Below are positions 63,870-64,000 of a DNA stretch of 64,000 nt, in pieces. Each line of letters starts with the position of its first letter. Position 1 is the first letter of the stretch. A model generated the notes under the pieces. The model was not told the origin of the DNA, did no database searches, and was given only the letters and a program-made list of their open reading frames with translations. This DNA is from Pristiophorus japonicus (Eukaryota): the NCBI RefSeq assembly GCF_044704955.1, contig NC_091997.1, positions 34,038,001 through 34,102,000 of the forward strand, read 5' to 3'. The translations under genes and the position numbers were made by a program.

Positions 63870-64000
63870 TTTTGCGTGAAAGTTCGTAATCTCGTCGCCA
63901 GTTGTTATGTCTTTAATACTCTTATGAATGACTCCACGAGGTCTAATATTGTACTGGAGCTATTGTGACCGTAGTCCCATTTATTGTAACCCCAGAGTGA

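Larger units (their letters stand above)
60065..64000 (-). mobile_element. Ty3/Gypsy (Mag-like) LTR retroelement, non-autonomous; 5' LTR runs off the window
   Basis: 3' LTR 60065-60300 (TGTTATGT..ACATGACA), PPT at 60301-60312, 5' LTR from 63903, PBS TGGCGACGAG at 63891-63900, gag, zinc knuckles and a DTGA protease. Confidence 0.9.

Overview
Eukaryotic, vertebrate, very repeat-rich genomic DNA. The repeat complement (CR1 LINEs, a DeuSINE/SacSINE1-like tRNA SINE, RTE, L2, Penelope remnants, Mag-type Gypsy) points to a shark or other elasmobranch. The only host gene I can support is the 3' end of a sorting nexin of the SNX10/SNX11 family, most like SNX11, on the minus strand. It has a 201-nt exon at 26837-27037 (not in the ORF track in its true frame), a phase-compatible terminal coding exon at 25406-25496, and a possible further or alternative terminal exon near 22.7-22.9 kb. 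I found no upstream SNX exons in the remaining 37 kb. Most of the rest is transposon-derived: a near full-length CR1 (15.2-19.3 kb), two young CR1 3' fragments, about 19 SINE copies (many with an expanded internal 33-bp unit), RTE and L2 fragments, a solo LTR, a hAT MITE, and an LTR element at 60-64 kb that has gag and protease but no recognisable RT, RNase H or integrase core. There are also several mini/microsatellites and one N gap. Almost all ORFs in the supplied track are transposon remnants or repeat artefacts. I see no prokaryote-type system and no clearly new protein-coding system. The best leads are transposon/host interactions and structural oddities. Family assignments and protein comparisons are from recalled knowledge, not database searches. 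Transposon boundaries are approximate unless a TSD or TIR is quoted.
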